Source: Oikopleura dioica
Lineage: Eukaryota; Animalia; Chordata
Assembly (NCBI GenBank): GCA_907165135.1
Contig: OU015568.1
Coordinates: 3,286,001-3,350,000 of the forward strand
Direction: 5' to 3'
DNA length: 64,000 nucleotides
Under the pieces are notes generated by a model that was not told the DNA's origin, made no database searches, and was given only the letters and a program-made list of their open reading frames with translations. Both the position numbers and the translations under genes were made by a program. Within the stretch, counting starts at the first letter, position 1; every line of letters begins with the position of its first letter. Positions 1 through 12,612 of this stretch are shown here, one piece after another.

Positions 1-426
1 TTTATTTTTTCCTTACCCTTTTTCGGATTTTGAAGAAATAAAACCCTTTCCTTAATTCCTTTCTCAGTTTTCAGTGACCCTTAGTAAGGACCCTTAATCC
101 TTAGTGATTTTTCCTTTTTTCCTTCCCTTACTAAGGGTTCGAGAAAGGATTTTTTCTGTCAACCTACGCACTTGAAAACCGATTCTTACGAAAAACCTTT
201 TTAAAACCCTTAGTAAGGAAAGGGATTAAGGAAAAATTGCTAAGGAATCACAAAAAAATGACTTTTCCTTTTTTAAATCCTTACTAAGGAAAAAACCCTT
301 TCCTTTATCCTTTGTCAGGTTTCAGAAAAGTCCTTAATCCTTTCCTTAGTCCTTTTTTGATTTTCCGCAATTTCGAAACCCTTACCCTTAGCGACTAAGG
401 AATCCTTAGTAAAGGGTCCGACCCTA
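1..426. mobile_element. Right part of a non-autonomous TIR/MITE-like repeat rich in CCTTA/TAAGG motifs, in an ATAD2-like intron
   Basis: Dozens of CCTTA/TAAGG/CCCTT motifs in both orientations. Ends ...GGGTCCGACCCTA immediately before the ATAD2-like exon. The left end lies outside the window. Confidence 0.45.
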
Positions 427-427
427 G

Positions 428-2157
428 GGACAGTCGTTTCAAAGAATTTGTCGGTAAGTTTTTCAAATCAAGTAAAGCCATGAAAACTGCCATAACGTTA
501 CATAATTTCTGTAACACTCAATCTTCCAGACCCTGTCGACCCGGACGAGTTACCCGACTACCATGAAGTCATCAAGAACCCAATGGACCTGACAACGATG
601 ATGTGCAAAATCGACGCGCACGAATACCAAACGGTCAAGGAGTTCCTATCGGATGTAAAGCTCATGTGCGCGAACGCACTTGAATACAATCCGATTACCT
701 ATCAAGAGGAACGGATGATTCGCCACCGAGCGTGCCTGGCAGTCGGTATGTTTTTTTACTTGTTGAAATGATTTTTACATGGATCTTTAGATGTTGCACA
801 TGAATATGTTGAGACCGAGCTTGATCCTGAGTTTGAGACTGTTTGCGAGCAGATCAAAGTCGCCAGAGCGCTCAGAGGAAGTGAAAAGTAAGTGAAAACA
901 TCGACAAGCCACATGCAATTTCGCAAGAAGTTCTTGCTTCTTGTTCTTTTTCTTTATTCCGATCCCAATTTATAGGAAGAAATTCGCTCCAGACTACGTA
1001 GAAATCCCGAAAACGACGCCGGAAGAGCTTGCCGAGCAGCAGAATGAAATAAAAAACCGCGAAATCAAAAACGAGTTCGAAGATGGAGAAGAGATCTGGT
1101 GCCTTCATTCTGATGACAACAAGTTCTACATTGGCCGGCTGAATAGGACCAATCATGAAATGCATCCAGACGCGCCATTTTATGTTCATTATGTTGTCGA
1201 CATAACAAAGGTTTGCCTCCGTTACCTGTTAATGCCTGCTAAGTGATTTAACTATTAAGCGATATACTGTCTGGGCCCCCGCCTCTAGAATTCGCTACCG
1301 TCTCACCACAGACAACATCACAGACGTAAGCAAACTTCTGACAATTTTCGTCAGCATCAAGCTCATTTTAGAACGTAAAACTGACGATTTCAAAGCGAAA
1401 ACGAAAGCGAAAGTCGAACTGGGCGTCTGGAATCATTAAGCGCCGCTCCACCCGTAGATCTATGGTCGAGAACGATGAAATGATCGATGCGGATGAAACG
1501 ACGAGGGAGTTCGATGAGGAGACAAGGCAGAGCATGTTCGATAATTGCGAGAACTCGAATGACTCCAACAAAGGTAATTTCAATTTTGGGGATTCTTTCG
1601 AGGAGACTCTCAATTTTTCTTTAGAGAACGTTCCAGTTGCGCCAGTCGCAACCACTGCTCTCGAAGAAAAGCAACCGACTGTATCGTTTATGTCCACCCG
1701 TCGATCTTTCGAGCAATCCAAAATGGATGTCGACACACCGTCCACCACCAAAACAGCCACCAACCTTGACGCTTCCCAAAAACAAGCAACTCCCGAAAAA
1801 GCTGCTGAATCTTCCCCTGCTCCGTCAAAAAAAGTCAATCTGGAAGATATCTGGTCTGCTGAAGAACTCGCCTTGATCCGCTCCGAGGCTGAGAAGCAGC
1901 CAAAACCGGTTGAAATCGACGAGCACGCCCTAGAAAAGATCTTCCAAATGGCGGTCGATGTATCTTCAGGAAAAGTAGTCAAGGACGTGATGCGTGTGGG
2001 AGCGGCGCTGAATACTGTTATTTACAGATACAAGTGAGTATTTTATGAACAAAACGCTGGTCGGCTTTGAAAATTGGTAAAAACTCTTTTTAGGGACCAA
2101 TCGGACCGCCGAAAATTGCCAGAAGATCTCCAGCAAGTCCTCAAGATTCACAGCTAA
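428..2157 (+). CDS. ATAD2: ATAD2-like bromodomain protein, 3' exons only (multi-exon)
   Basis: Spliced exons 428-452 and 530 onward read DSRFKEFV-DPVDPDELPDYHEVIKNPMDLTTMMCKIDAHEYQTVKEFLSDVKLMCANALEYNP...IRHRAC, typical of the ATAD2 bromodomain. Acidic C-terminal exons end near TAA 2157. Confidence 0.8.
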
Positions 2158-3290
2158 CTAGATTTACAGCCCTTCAGAAACAGAGTGCAACAATTGTTAC
2201 ATGTAACTGTATCTAACCAATCACTAGAATTTCACAGAAACTGATACAATCACTGGTATAATCAAAAAACTCATTTTATCTTCACTGCCATTTAATAAAT
2301 GAAAGATATTCACAAAAAAACCTTTCTTCGTCATTTTTTGATTCGGGGCTCTTTAGCCCCATTTAGTGGTAAAAGTATATTTTTTTCTTTGTATCGATCG
2401 ATCTAAAGATGATTCATCCTCTCAGTGCTCAACTTTATTGACTTTCTTTTTTGAGAAACTTTTAAAAAAGAATTTTTAACGGAAAATAAAACTTAAACGG
2501 TAAGATGATCTTATAATAAGCTTAGAATTTCATGACCAATGCTCCCCGATAATTTGCCTTCTGGCGGCTCCGATTCTGAGCTAATAATGAGCTCGACGGT
2601 TTTTACTGAAGTTTTACTACTTTCACCTTTTTCATGATAGGTCACACTTTCTAGAGACGTCTAAGAGGATCCGTTTCATAAATAATAGAAAAGTAAGTCT
2701 GATCAATAGTTTAATCGAAGGATTGGCAAAAGGACAAGTAGGCAGTAGCGTAAGAAATCCTTTGATCTTTATTATCTTTAAATACGCTGAATTGAATATA
2801 AAAGAACATGGAACAAAAAGAAAGCTCGTCATTTTCTTCCTAGTTAAAATGTTTTGTGTTCTTTTTCAATTTTAAAAAAGAGGTACATCTACGTCATTCG
2901 GCCATTCAGTTAGATTGAAAAATTCCTCCGAGAAATTTCCATTAAAACCGAGACTACTTTTTTATTTATTGGGCCGATAGTATTCGAATTATTTCGAAAA
3001 GAATATCTTGTTCATATAATATATACCTTTGAAGTCGTTTTTTATCAAAGGCCATATTTGAAAGATAACTCCAGTGTGACAGTTGGGGTGTATCTTGAAA
3101 GGGAAATTGGAAAAGTTGTAAAACAAACATTGTCCTCTCCTGTCTCTGGGAGCGCCCTTAGCCCGTTTTAGGCTGAATTTTATCAACCGTCGCATTTTTT
3201 TTAGTTTCGTCAAATCTGAATCTATAAAAAGCAACAACGAAGCCGAGCAATACGAAAATAGAAAGAGATTTTTTCTTACCGTTTTGAGAG

Positions 3291-4934
3291 ATGGAGAAAA
3301 CAGAGCCAGGCTCATCATCGAGGGAAGAAGGAGATTTGGAGAGACAGAGTTTGACTGGAAAAGAAAACAACAAAGAAGAAAGGAAGGAAAATTCTTGCTC
3401 GAAGAAGAAAATCGCGGGATTAACACTTCTGATTTGGGTTACAAGAAAATCTCAAATACTGATACAAAAATTATTTTTCTAAGCGTTTTGAAATAGTGAT
3501 ATGTTTTATTCTCAGAATCAAAAAATAATAGGGCAGAACGATCATGGCAGCTGATAGGTTTCTGACGCAATCTGATTTTAGACTTTGCAACACTTGAGAT
3601 TTCGAAACTTGATTAAAAATAATGAAGTTTTTATATGACTCCTTCTATTTTATTAAGAAGACTGCCTAGCAAGATCGGTTTATGAGAATTTTGAGATTTA
3701 CGAAACTCGCTTTTTATTGAAGAAAAACCAGCTTTCGCTATAAATAGTCGATTTTTCGAAATTCGCGTAAATTGAGCTAACGCTTCGTGACTTTAAATGA
3801 TGATATATCGATCCAGTTATGCGGTTTTTAATTTTCCCCGCGGTTATTAAACCAAGTCCATTTTTCAATTTTATCTTCTAACCCCAAGCCCAGTCCATTG
3901 CCGCTATAACCTGCCTCTACGTCGGTGGCAATTACCTCCTCTCCGAGTCAGCAGCAGAGTCTACTGCAAATACAGTACCAAGAACTCCTCAAAAAACGCC
4001 CTTTTTGGAAGTAGAAGTTAAAATGGAAGAAGTTGCGCCGCCAGATTTTAGAGAATTTGGGAACCAAGTTATTGTAAGTTAAATTTTTCAAATGTTATCT
4101 TGACCATGATTTTTATACAAAATACAGATCCTGATAAGTAACTGCTTATTCTTCAGGGTAAATGGAAGCTATTCAATTCTACCGAACCTATTCCGTATTA
4201 TGTTGCGCTTGGAATGGATAAATTTATGGCGAATATCGTCACAAAATTAGACTCAGTCATGAAGATCGAGTTAACTAGCGAAGGTTTTGTTCAAACCAGC
4301 ACAGGTATAAACCTATAATAAAATAAAACTTACTCTATTTGCTTTAGTGACGGGGCTTGCTGGCGCTTTTCTACCGGCAAGTATGAAAACTCATGTTGTC
4401 AAGCCGATCTTTGGCGGAAAAGTCGAAAATGTCTACAATGGGATTTCAAAGGACGAGGAGGACTGGCTTGCTACTGCGTTTCCCGATCGCTGGGAGATTT
4501 TTATTACTCATCATGGTACGCAAATAGAATTGGGAAAGAAAGAATGATGATTTTTAGATGTGAAGAACGAGAATCAAGAGAGTATGACGGAGCATATGAC
4601 CATGAGAGTAAGTAGCTAGAGTGAGAACAGGTGAAAATGTAGAAGACGCGTGCGGCTTCGAGGAAACTTCGCAGAAAATCCGCGCTCCGTGCGACCTCTC
4701 AACTTGAGGCTTTAGACTTAAGATACTGAAGTTTCTCGAGTCTCGAGAGAACTCGATTTTTACTTGCTTTCTTAGCTTCACCTTTTTTAATACAGTACCG
4801 ATAGCCGTCTCTTTCAGATTTCGACGGTAATGGACGAAAAGTCGAAGAAAGAAGTCCGCCAGCTGAGCATTCACCGTCTCTTGAACGACGCTCCTTCAAC
4901 CGAATGTACTTGGTTTCTCCGCCCTACCAAATAG
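3291..4934 (+). CDS. Type II membrane protein with a C-terminal FABP/calycin-like domain (about 6 exons)
   Basis: Phase-compatible GT-AG exons 3291-3437, 3894-4073, 4157-4304, 4348-4515, 4558 onward, and a last exon to TAG 4934. TM segment IAGLTLLIW-SIAAITCLYVGG, then GKWKLFNSTEPIPYYVALGMDKFMANIV, resembling the FABP N-terminal GxWxL...Y.ALG signature. Confidence 0.55.
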
Positions 4935-5198
4935 AAAGATGAAGAGCCTCTGAGATAATTTTACCTGCAGCCCTTTTTTACCACTTTCCGAATTTCAAAT
5001 GCCAAAAGCCGATAGATATTTTTCAATTTTTCCAGAGCTGAAAAAAGAGCAGTCATATTCTTAGAAAAATCGCAGTACTACAGTAAAATTACAGAAAAAA
5101 GTGTGTTACCTGCCTGAATCCTGAAATTCTTTTCCCCAGTTCAATAATAAAATATTATTCAGTACTTTTGATTGTTTTCATTCTTTGGAAAGTTCAGA

Positions 5199-5766
5199 AT
5201 GCCTGAAAAAGAACGACTTCTTGAGACGATTAATACGGAGGATAACGATCCTACTTGTTACGGTTCAAATTAGAAAATACATTCATGAATAAAAACAGAG
5301 TCCCCGCCCCTCCAAGTTAAGGTCGTTTAGGGGGGGTTTACTAGTTAATAATGCGATAGGTGAACTCTCATCCCTTTAATTTCCATCTATTTTGAGAATT
5401 AGGCCTAACCTAGCACTGCCCATTTCGTAGCTTTTGAATTGTGTTTCTGAACCGGATTGAAGCGTAACTTTCATCCTCCACGGAGAAGACGATACCCTCG
5501 GTAACTCCTTGCGCTACGTCATATCCACCTACAAGGAAGTCGAAGCTTGCCACTACACGCGTCCTCACCCGACTGAGGACAAGATTCACTTCAGAATTCA
5601 GACTTACGACGATGTTCCCGGTAAGATTTCATTGACTTTCAAGATGTAAACTGAAGTTCTAGCGCTGATGATGTTGCGACGAGGCTTTGAAGACTTGAAG
5701 CACTATGCAGAGACGATCCACGACAAGTTTGAGGAAGCAGAAAGAGCTTATGGCATTCAGAGTTGA
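5199..5766 (+). CDS. POLR1D: RNA polymerase I/III shared subunit RPAC2 (AC19)
   Basis: VTFILHGEDDTLGNSLRYVISTYKEVEACHYTRPHPTEDKIHFRIQT matches the RPB11/AC19 family motif. Probable first exon MPEKERLLETINTEDNDPT from ATG 5199; stop TGA at 5766. Confidence 0.85.
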
Positions 5767-5888
5767 AAAGAACGAAAAGAAGGAATTGATTGATTTCTTA
5801 CTGCCCCGAGTGTGAACTGTACAGATGGAAAAAGAATGAATTTGCCTCTGCAGAAAGAAGCTTGTGTTTCAACCATACTTTTCTAAGA

Positions 5889-6893
5889 ATGGTTCTTCGT
5901 GTTGGTTTGATTCAAATGGCAGTTGGTTCTTGCAAAAAGACCAACTTGCAAAACGCGGTCAAACTGATCAAGCAGGCCTCTGATCAAGGCGCAAAACTAG
6001 TGACACTGCCAGAATGTTTCAATTCGCCGTATGGAACGCAGTTTTTCGCCGAGTACGCTGAAAACATTCCTGGAAACAGTTCTTCTACTATCGCCAACGC
6101 TGCCAAAGGTGAACCTTTCTCACCCGCATTCTAGCACTGTTTTCAACTCCTTTTTTTAGAAAACAATGTGCATATAATCGCTGGATCAATTCCTGAGCGC
6201 GAAGGCGACAATCTGTACAATACCTGTTGCATTTTCGACAATAAAGGAGAACTAATCGATACTCACAGAAAAGTTCATCTTTTTGATATCGATATTCCCG
6301 GCAAAATTACGTTCAAAGAGTCCGAAGTTCTCAGCGCTGGAACTAAAGGTAAACAGCTTTCGTTAGCTGAAGACAACAATAATTTTCGTCTTTCTTTAAC
6401 GATTACCGAGGCCTTTTGTTGTTGAGTTGTTTTTTAAATGTGATTTAGGAACGATGTTTGACGTTGACAGCGTGAAAATTGGCGTGGGAATATGCTACGA
6501 TATCCGGTTTCCCGAGTTGGCATGGAAATACCGTCGCGAAGGGGCAAAAGTACTCGTCTACCCAGGCGCTTTTAATCTCACCACAGGCGCAGCTCATTGG
6601 GCCAAGCTTCAGATCGCCCGTGCGCTCGACAATCAAGTTAAGCTCCCATAAGTTCCTACAGCTTCTTTTTACTCGATTTCTAGTGCTTCGTCATGACAGC
6701 ATCGCCTGCACGTGATATGAATGCGACTTATCACGCTTGGGGTCATTCAATGGCAGTGAATTCCTGGGGCGAGATTCTTTGTGAAGCTGATGCGGGAGAA
6801 GAAGTTCTTGTTGTGGATTTGGACTTGGACTCACTCGAAGAAACGAGAAAGAATATTCCGATCAGTAAACAACGAATGCCAGAGTGCTACTAG
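5889..6893 (+). CDS. NIT2: Omega-amidase (nitrilase superfamily), 4 exons
   Basis: [12 protein letters not shown]...[53 protein letters not shown]; the E-K-C catalytic triad is present. Confidence 0.92.
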
Positions 6894-7074
6894 TTAATAT
6901 TGATAGTAACAATTCGTTACAGTTGAAAGTTTCCAAGTTCAATCATGCCTTTTTGATTTATGCTATTCCTTTGATATGATATATCAGCCCATGTGTAATT
7001 TTCGTGTCATTTATTCAATAAAAATATGATTAAATCGCAACAAGGTTTTACTCCGTAAACAGTCCGTAGAACTT

Positions 7075-7662
7075 CTAATTGAACAAACTCAAGCAAATGC
7101 TGTCGAAAATCATCATCATGAGTCCAGCAATCACGCTGAGCACCAAAACTAAAAAAAAACTAGCTTTTCCGCCAATTTTATTATCAGTACGAACCTGCTT
7201 TGCCACAAGAGTTCGGTTCATACTGGACGAGTTCCCCTTCGATACGAACTTTTCTTTGTAGTCCTCGCCGAGTTAACATGAAGATTGATGCGAGGATGCA
7301 TAATAAAGAGAAAGCCAGAGAGCCAATTCGTACGCCTATTCGTGGGTTAAGGCCCTCAAATCCCCAAATAAAGATGATGTTGTAGATGATCGGAAACACA
7401 ATAAGAAAGCTAGCTTTTTATTTCACCAAAGTTTTCTGTATTAATACCTGGCAAAAGTGTCCGTCCCGTGCCATTTCTCTCGATTGACGCCTTCCTTATT
7501 GCCACAACAACAACAAAGCACAAAGCTTGAAACAATTGCAATGAATCCCCACAGTTGCGGAAATAACGCAAGTGAAAAGAAACAAGTTGCATACAGCCCA
7601 AAATCTGTATCGTAATAAGGATCGTAAACAGGCATATTAATCCATTCCTGGTAAACACTCAT
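7075..7662 (-). CDS. Small multi-pass membrane protein (~4 TM), unknown family
   Basis: Three exons with hydrophobic segments and a CCCC cluster after the first TM; convergent with NIT2. Confidence 0.5.
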
Positions 7663-7875
7663 CTCGCTAAATCTTTTTAAGAGTGAGGGCTAGACCATTG
7701 ACTTTTATAGTTAATACCATTTTGATCGCAAATATAATCACTTTATCCTTCCTACCATAGGATAAAAGGCTTTGTCAAACTACTGACGGTTATACTGTCA
7801 AAGCTGGGCGGATGCCTAACTTCCTTTTCATCATTCAATTTCAGACCAAAATGGAACTGATGGAATTCATTTAGA

Positions 7876-9670
7876 ATGATTCTCATATCATCTCTGTTTT
7901 TCCTTGTATGTACAGGAAAAGAAACAGAGAATCGAAATGACGTGGTCGAATTCGACGGGAACCTAGTCAACCTGATCAAGCAAAACGACTTCGTGCTCTC
8001 CTCCTTCTACGCTCCCTGGTGCGGCCATTGCAAAGCCCTCAAACCGACCTGGGAAAAGCTCGGACCCAGAATGGCCGAGTTAGGAATTATCATCGGCCAA
8101 GTTGACTGCACAGAACACACAGACATCGCTGCTCGTTACGCCGTCCGGGGTTTCCCGACCATCAAACTTTTTCGACGAGGAAGAGCGATCGATTACGAAG
8201 GAATGAGAGATGCCGACTCAATCGTTGCTTGGGCACAGAAGGCTTCGGGACCGGCGGTGAGAAGTTCTGCTAGATTGATCAACGATCTGATTGCAATTAA
8301 TGGAGATCCGATGTTTATTTACAACGGACCAGGCAAGTGGTTTGAAAATTCAATGAAAACGCTGCTATTTCTATAAAAATTCATTATCGGAATGGAAAAA
8401 CAAAATTTCTGACCAACCAAAAAGACACTAAAAGCTCCTTGTACACCGAATTCGCCCTCCTTGCTGAAGAAAACCTACCCAACATCCTTTTCGCCCGCAA
8501 CAAAACCCTAAGCGACGAAGAATCCGTCTCAGTCATCAAAGACGAAGGTATCTTCCACTTCAAATTGGAAGAAGCTGGCTCAATGGCGGACTTTGTCAGC
8601 GGCGAACGATTTTCATCCTTCCCATCTCTTACTGGAAAACTAGCGAGAGATAGTGTTGAGGGTGGCAAGTTTTTTGCTCTTTACGTCGCTCAAGGTAAAT
8701 CATCGAGGTCTTCATGTTTTTCAACCCTTTTTAGATGAAAAAGACGTGCGAACACATTTGGTGAAATCTATCGCCCGAGATCGTTCAAAACCAGCTCCCG
8801 GATTCGCTTTCTCGCACGCTACTGGCTCCCAATTCTTGAGATTGGTGAACCACATGACTTCGAGAAAAGATGTCGGAGCTGGGGAACTTCTTGTCCTCCC
8901 TCCTGGATCGATCAACGGTCGCTTTTACAGGAAAATGGCTACTCATTATTCGTTATATAAACGCGTTTATACTTGAAGCCGCAAACGGCTTCTGGATCTT
9001 GGTCAAAAATAAATAACCAACAAAAGATTTGATATCGACGCTGAAACGACCCGGGAAGAAATCATCCGATTCCTGCTAGACATTCAAAATGGAAAAGAAG
9101 AGCTTCTCGGCGAAAGCCCTTTTCAAGAGCCGTGAATGACATGATCGGCTCGTTCATCGAACTCTTCCAGAAACAACCAATCATGGCTGGAATGATCAGT
9201 TAGTCTCTAGAATCAAGAATTGATAGATAATTGCAATTTTAGTTGGTTTTCCGACAATTTTGATCGCTTTTGTCATTTGGGGCGTTTGCTCAGTCCCGGA
9301 AGTTGAAGAAGGAGAGCCGATTTATGACGAATCAGATGCCGAGAAAGACTCCGAAAGCGAAACAGAAGCCAGCGAAAGCCCAGAAGAAGAAAATATCGAC
9401 CAGAAAGACAAACAAGGTAAAGAGAATTGTTTTGACTCAACAAAAAGCGACTCTTGTAAAAATTTTTTCATGGGAATGTCCGCTCGAAACTTTCCATCAA
9501 CTCGAGTTGAAGCTGTATTTTGGCGCGAAAATGCGCTTTTTGCTCGAAATTTCCCGAAAATTCGAGAAGAATCTTTTCAACCAATCAAAGTTCTTTTCCT
9601 TCAAAATCCAATTTTAGCCGAACCCGTCCGCCGCCGACCAAAACGCAAAACTGCCCACACGGATGACTGA
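7876..9670 (+). CDS. TMX3: Transmembrane thioredoxin/PDI family protein (TMX3-like)
   Basis: Signal peptide, FYAPWCGHCK active site, further Trx-like region, C-terminal TM (GFPTILIAFVIWGVC) and an acidic then basic cytosolic tail. Confidence 0.75.
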
Positions 9671-9998
9671 AGCCTTAAATTTTTAAAAAATTTCAGGGCG
9701 CCTTCCATTCTTAGAGAAAAATTGAAAACTGCTACCTTTTGTGCGAAAAATTCTTCAAATCCTCCCTTTTTTTGGTTTTTCTATTCTTCACAATTTCTTT
9801 TGTTCTTGTTTACCTCTTGTTTTTCCCGTTGTTTCGTTATTTTCGCGAATTTGAAATTTTGAATTTTCGAAAATTATTTTTTTCTAGAATCTGATCCTCA
9901 ACGTTATTATGCCGAAGCGGCAAAATTCAGAATTACAGAGAGAGAAAAACTTCTATTTTTCGTCTTTTTTTCAGATTGAATTTTGAAAAAATACAGAG

Positions 9999-12612
9999 AT
10001 GGCGTTTCACGTTCCAAGAGGTGGTCTTCAGCAGATGATGAAAAAGGGAACCAGGTAAAAGTTTATATAAAAATAGATCGTTGAAACATGTCGTCAATTT
10101 TAATTCCTTTTTCAGATATCTGGAAGGCAAAGAAGAAGTCGTCTTCGATTCAATTTCAACGATCAGAGAGCTCGGCGACACTACCAAGACAGCATACGGT
10201 CCCTTTGGAATGAACAAAATCGTCCAGAATCACATTGAGAAGCTCTTCTTGACTTCTGATGCCGCAACAATGATCAAGGAGCTTGATATTCGACACCCGG
10301 CGGCGAAAATGGTCGTCATGGCTGCTCATCAGCAGGAAGAAGAATGCGGTAAGTTATTTTAAATCGAATTCTTTTAACCCCATTTTCAGGCGATGGAACA
10401 AACGGATGTGTGATGCTGACCGCCTCGATCCTCCACGAAGCCGAGTATCTCCTCCGAATGGGTTTGGCCGTCCCTGAGCTCGTCTCTGGCCTCCAAGCTG
10501 GTCTTCAGGCCGGCTTGAGCGAGATCAACGGGCTCACCGTCCACACAGTCGATTTACAACAGATCAGAGACGTCAACGCAGTCAAATACGCAATCAAGGC
10601 TTCGCTCATGTCAAAACAGCTCGGAAACGAAGGTAAAAACCAGCCTCAAACAACAAGCGCTTTACTTTCATTCTAGAATTCCTGTCAAACATCATCGCGG
10701 AAGCCTGCGTGAGCACGCTGCCTAAGGACGCCATCAGATTCAACGTCGACGACATTCGAGTCTGCAAAATCATGGGCTCCAACCTCGAAGCATCCAAGAT
10801 TATTCCAGGCATGGTCTTCAAACGATACGTCGAATCAGAGATCCAGAATGTCACTGATGCCAAAGTTGCTGTAAGTTTCTCGTCGGACATTTTTGATTTA
10901 CAGCCGATATATGAGAAGCCGCTTGCTTTACTAACTCTTCTTTTAGATGTTCAACTGTCCCCTTGACAACTTGCAGACAGAGACGAAAGGAACCGTTTTA
11001 CTCAAAAACGCGGAGGAGCTCAAGAATTTCACGAAGACCGAAGAGGCCCAGCTCTACAACGCAGTCAAGGCGATTGCTGAGAGTGGCGCGAAAGTTCTCG
11101 TCTGTGGTGGAAAGATTTCCGATCTCGGCCTCGACTACGCCAATAAGATGGGACTCATGACTGTCAGGTTTGTACTCTTCCTTGATTCCGAGTCAGAATC
11201 TGACTTTTGTTTTTAGACTTAATTCAAAGTGGGATATGCGACGATTGGCCAAGTCTATCGGAGCTACTGTGCTTCCTCGACTCACTCCTCCTTCAGCTGA
11301 TGAAATGGGATTCTGTGATAAAGTCCGCGTAAGTATTGCCCCTTCAGGATCTGGTTGAATCCCTCCTTTTAGGTTGAAGAAATCGGAGACACCCGAGTAG
11401 TAAGCTTCCAGCGATCGACCTCTCGAATCGCCACAATCGTCCTTCGAGCTGGAACTACCAACGTCCTTGACGATCTCGAGCGAGCTGTCGACGATGGTGT
11501 CAACAACTTCAAGGTGCTCAACCTTTTTCTATAAACAATTTAACCCTTTTCTAGCTTTTGACCAAAGACAAACGACTCGTTGCTGGAGCAGGAGCTTTTG
11601 AAGTTGAATTGGCCAAATGTTTAGATGTTCACGCTGAAAAAGTAAGCAAGCCCATCTCACCCTTTTTTCATTGAAATACTAGTGTCTTGGAATGGAGCAA
11701 TATGGAATCAAGCTTTTGGCGAAGGCGTACGAGTACCTCCCACGACAATTGGCCGAGAACTGCGGTCAGAATCCATCCAAGGTCATATCTAGACTTATGG
11801 CCGCTCACGCAGAAGTTGAAGGTATATTTTCATATGAAGCTACAGTTGCGGGTTGTCAAATAATGGATTGAAAATCAACTAGTTAGCATCTTTGCCCAGA
11901 CTTTTTTCAAGGAGGAAAGAGATCCCTGACATTAAGATTAATTTGGCCTTTTATGGAAAAATTAAGGGTATGCGCAAGAGTTCTCCGCTTCCGCTCAATA
12001 CGGAATCGAGCAAAAAGCATTCAATCTTCCGGGAAGTGGCGCAAAAGTCCCATCCACTCAAAAGGAAATCGGCCAAATGATCGACTCGATGAAACGTGTC
12101 GCCCAGTTATACGGCAGCGCGGACATGGCCAAGGCCGCCGACACTTTTGAAGACGGCTTTAATATGCACAAGTCCAAGAAACTCGTTGGTTAGCGCTTTT
12201 TTCGTTATTATTCGTGAGCTTGATTTTCTAACAAGGCTTTTATTCGCTTGATGCTTTTCCCAAAACAAGTTTTTCTAACAAGAGTGGGTTTCGTTGAAGA
12301 TTAAGGGTAGACCCTTGTTCATTGTAAAATTTAAGGCTCGACGATTGGTGTCAATATTGAAAGCGAGGACCTTCAGGACGCCGCCAAGAACGGAATTTTC
12401 GACCATATTCTCATCAAGGAGTGGCAGCTCAAACTTGGTAGGCTACAAATGCGTTTTGAATTGTCCTTTCCTTATTACAAATTCTAGCTGTGAACACGGC
12501 GATCACAATCCTGCGAGTGAACCAGATCATCATGGCGAAGCGCGCTGGCGGTCCCAAAGCTCCGTCTCAGCGAGGTGGCCACTGGGACGACGATCACGAC
12601 GAGGAGGACTAA
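9999..12612 (+). CDS. CCT8: T-complex protein 1 subunit theta (chaperonin), multi-exon
   Basis: MAFHVPRGGLQQMMKKG, TAYGPFGMNK, SDAATMIKEL, GDGTN, FNVDDIRVCKI, NSKWDMRR, ILRVNQIIMAKRAGGPK; stop TAA at 12612. Confidence 0.95.

Noticed and set aside
5458-5460. In-frame TGA in POLR1D as selenocysteine or readthrough
   Set aside because: More simply explained as intronic sequence next to the splice acceptor; no SECIS recognised.
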